A stretch of 64,000 nucleotides of DNA from a virus (taxonomy: Duplodnaviria > Caudoviricetes): IMG/VR virus record IMGVR_UViG_3300035182_002389, positions 32,001 to 96,000 of that record. One strand, written 5' to 3'. The notes beneath the pieces are model-generated. The model was not told the origin of the DNA. It was given only the letters and a program-made list of their open reading frames with translations, and did no database searches. Both the position numbers and the translations under genes were made by a program. Shown in pieces: positions 61,880-64,000 of the stretch (its first letter is position 1; each line of letters starts with the position of its first letter).

Positions 61880-62940
61880 CAGACAACCCTCACGCGATAC
61901 GTGCCCACGTTCGCGTCGGGCGAAGCGACCGCGAAGTCTGCGCTCCTGCCCTTCGGGTCGGCGGCGAGTCGGTCCAGCTCCGAAGCGTTGAAGAACACCG
62001 CCAAACCTTTGCGCTTTGCCGAGTCCACAACCGACGACGCCTGAATGGTGGGCCCGGAGATCGAGGGGAAGGTCGTGGTGATGTACTCGGCGGCGCCCGG
62101 GACAGGATCGTTCGGGCGGGTCTGCCAGATGTAGCCTTTGTCGATCGCGTCGGCGGCGATCTTTGCGCCGTACGCCGTCACGACGGTTTTGGTCGGATCC
62201 TTCGGGTCCTTCACGTACGCGGGCGGAAGAGGCTCGCTGGTCGCTCTCACGCGCACGTTGAAGAGCTTGCCGTTCGGCGATGCGATCCAACCGTCCGGGT
62301 CCTTCGTCGTCCCGAACGTCAGCATCTTCGGCGTCTTGTAGGCTGCGATGTCGTCGAGGTCGTAGCGCGCGAGGTAGACCGCGGCCTTGCCCTTGTCGAC
62401 CGTCGCCCGGATGGTCTTCGACCCGTTGTACCACGTCGGATCGTTGCGAGCGTCCGACACGTCCGAGTCTGCCATGATGTGAAATACGGCGCCGTCGCCC
62501 TCGTGATTGAGGATGTAGTTCTTGTACGCATCGCCGAAGAGGACGCGCTCCCCCTCCGCCGTGAGAACGAGCCCGTCGGGCCGCCACGGGTCGTACTCGT
62601 AGAGCTGCCCCATGCGAAACTGATCGGGCGCCGCTGCGGCGCTCTCTCGGGCCGGCGTGCCGGAAGGCTGCACCGGAAGACCGAACAGCCCAGGGAGGGC
62701 CGAGAGATCGGGCCACCCGGGCGTCGAGCCGTCCGCGAACGAAGCCCTCTCGCCTGCGGGAGCAACCACGGGCGCCGCGCTCGGAGCCTGACCTTGCAGC
62801 TCCAGAGGTGCCGGGGCCGAACCTGGCGGAGCCGACGCTCCGCTCTGCTTCGTGTAGAGCCAGTAGCCGCCGATCGCGACCGCGCCGAGGCCCACGGTCC
62901 ACAGGAACGCGCTCGACCCGCTGCCCTTGCCGTCCGACAT
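61879..62940 (-). CDS. N-terminally membrane-anchored protein
   Basis: FLWTVGLGAVAIGGYWLYTK; leaderless (TACGAT +7 nt). Confidence 0.7.
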   Translation of the reverse strand: MSDGKGSGSSAFLWTVGLGAVAIGGYWLYTKQSGASAPPGSAPAPLELQGQAPSAAPVVAPAGERASFADGSTPGWPDLSALPGLFGLPVQPSGTPARESAAAAPDQFRMGQLYEYDPWRPDGLVLTAEGERVLFGDAYKNYILNHEGDGAVFHIMADSDVSDARNDPTWYNGSKTIRATVDKGKAAVYLARYDLDDIAAYKTPKMLTFGTTKDPDGWIASPNGKLFNVRVRATSEPLPPAYVKDPKDPTKTVVTAYGAKIAADAIDKGYIWQTRPNDPVPGAAEYITTTFPSISGPTIQASSVVDSAKRKGLAVFFNASELDRLAADPKGRSADFAVASPDANVGTYRVRVV

Positions 62941-62959
62941 GAACGGCATCGTACCTTCT

Positions 62960-62974
62960 GACTTGCGGCAAGTC
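62960..62974. promoter_or_regulatory. Palindromic box between divergent genes
   Basis: GACTTGCGGCAAGTC. Confidence 0.7.
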
Positions 62975-63014
62975 GACGCTCGTCATCGACGTCGAGGCCG
63001 CGTACTCTCTGCGA

Positions 63015-63665
63015 GTGGACCGCCGCACCGACAAACGACGCCTGCTCGAAGCTTCCCGCAGCGCCTGGCAAATCGGAAAGAAGGCCGACCGCTACGTGAG
63101 CCAGCAGCGACACCTCGACGCCGCCGATGCGCATTTCAACGCGCACCTCCTGGAGCGTCGATTTCTCGACCGATACGGCAAGGCTCCGCTCGGCGACCGC
63201 TACCCGTTCGACGAACACCTACGCCAGCGCGAGCGCCACTTCGACGCCGTCGCCGAGGTCGAAGCGTGGTGGAAGAAGCGCAACGATCTGACCGTGAGGC
63301 TAGGCGAGTACAGCATCGCGGCGCGTTACGAGCAAAAGACGAATCTGCCGTGGCGCGCCGTCGAATCGCTGCGCCTCGAAGGTCTGTTCGCGGCGCGCGC
63401 CATCAACCTGCGCCACGATCTCATCGATCACGAGGGCCGCTTCAGCCGCTCGACCGACCACTCGGACATCGAGCGCGTCCGCGAACGCCACGCGGAAGCT
63501 CTCGCGGCCTTCCGGCGCGACAAGACCGGGCGCTACATCCTCGACATGAAGGAGCTGGCCGCCGCGCACGCTGCGACCCCCAAGGACCGCTACGGGCGCG
63601 TGCTTGGTCCCCTGTCGAAGTACGAGCGGGCGCGGGCCGCGCAAGGCGGCCGGAGCATGAGCTGA
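63015..63665 (+). CDS. Hypothetical protein
   Basis: TACTCT 6 nt before the GTG. Confidence 0.55.
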   Translation: MDRRTDKRRLLEASRSAWQIGKKADRYVSQQRHLDAADAHFNAHLLERRFLDRYGKAPLGDRYPFDEHLRQRERHFDAVAEVEAWWKKRNDLTVRLGEYSIAARYEQKTNLPWRAVESLRLEGLFAARAINLRHDLIDHEGRFSRSTDHSDIERVRERHAEALAAFRRDKTGRYILDMKELAAAHAATPKDRYGRVLGPLSKYERARAAQGGRSMS

Positions 63666-63709
63666 CTCGAACGTGTTCAAAATCGTGCGCGAGGCTCGAC
63701 GACTGAGCT

Positions 63710-64000
63710 TCAACGCAACGACGACCGAGCCTCGGCGTAGTAGCGGTGCGCGAAGTCGTCGGCCATCGAAGCAAACTTCTCGACGTCCGAGCCCTCGATC
63801 TTGATCGGGTTGATGCCCGAGCCGAGGAGCCATTTCGTCCCGTGCTCGGGGAGCGTCGAGTAGTGGATCACGCTCGATGACGCGTCCATGTAGAAGTAGA
63901 GCTGCATCTGCCCGTCGGGCGACGTCGCGATAGAAGGCTTGCTCTTGGTCGCCTTCTTCGGGACCTTCCAGCCGCGCGCCTTCAGGGACAAGAGGATGTT
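63710..64000 (-). CDS. Hypothetical protein, 5'-truncated at the window edge
   Basis: Open frame to the window end. Confidence 0.5.
   Translation of the reverse strand, partial: NILLSLKARGWKVPKKATKSKPSIATSPDGQMQLYFYMDASSSVIHYSTLPEHGTKWLLGSGINPIKIEGSDVEKFASMADDFAHRYYAEARSSLR

Noticed and set aside
1-64000. tRNA, rRNA, integrase/att sites, terminase, portal
   Set aside because: No cloverleaf with T-loop/CCA and no recognisable motifs found by eye; tRNAscan-SE and HMM searches are needed to confirm absence.

Overview
A 64-kb internal segment of a large, high-GC dsDNA bacterial virus or virus-like element. It is densely coding, with many overlapping ATGA/GTGA junctions. I saw no rRNA, tRNA, CRISPR array, integrase, terminase or portal. 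Plus-strand blocks hold mostly small accessory genes plus replication and nucleotide functions: a protein-primed-type family B DNA polymerase, ThyX, a MazG-like pyrophosphatase, Dam, an SF1 helicase, SSB, an ABC-type ATPase, a DpdA/TGT-like protein, a metallophosphoesterase, a vWA protein, a GNAT, degenerate HNH endonucleases, and an RlaP-like nucleotidyltransferase carrying an intein end. Minus-strand blocks (about 12.7-19.3 kb and 48.8-63 kb) look virion-related: four paralogues with a CxxC-H leader and a beta-rich C-terminal domain (one with LysM), many membrane-anchored proteins, a phospholipase D, a membrane-anchored glutaredoxin, a Cys-His-Asp peptidase-like protein, and fibre-like paralogue pairs. 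The most striking observations are: (1) a 65-nt strongly structured insert that splits the polymerase inside motif B (KxLLNS-LYGKFG), a candidate ribosomal bypass or micro-intron; (2) four dispersed arrays of four triloop hairpins with covarying stems; (3) a three-fold symmetric three-way-junction structure built from three CTTTAG units; (4) a 15-bp palindromic box repeated at least 13 times upstream of genes, a six-member TTGACA-N17-(G/C/A)ANNNT promoter family, and widespread leaderless starts; (5) a sigma70-region-4 / RNA polymerase alpha-CTD fusion; (6) a (GTTCCC)n palindromic element inserted in frame in a phosphoesterase. All family assignments come from motif recognition by eye, not from database searches. 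Many start codons were chosen by hand from RBS, overlap or -10 context.
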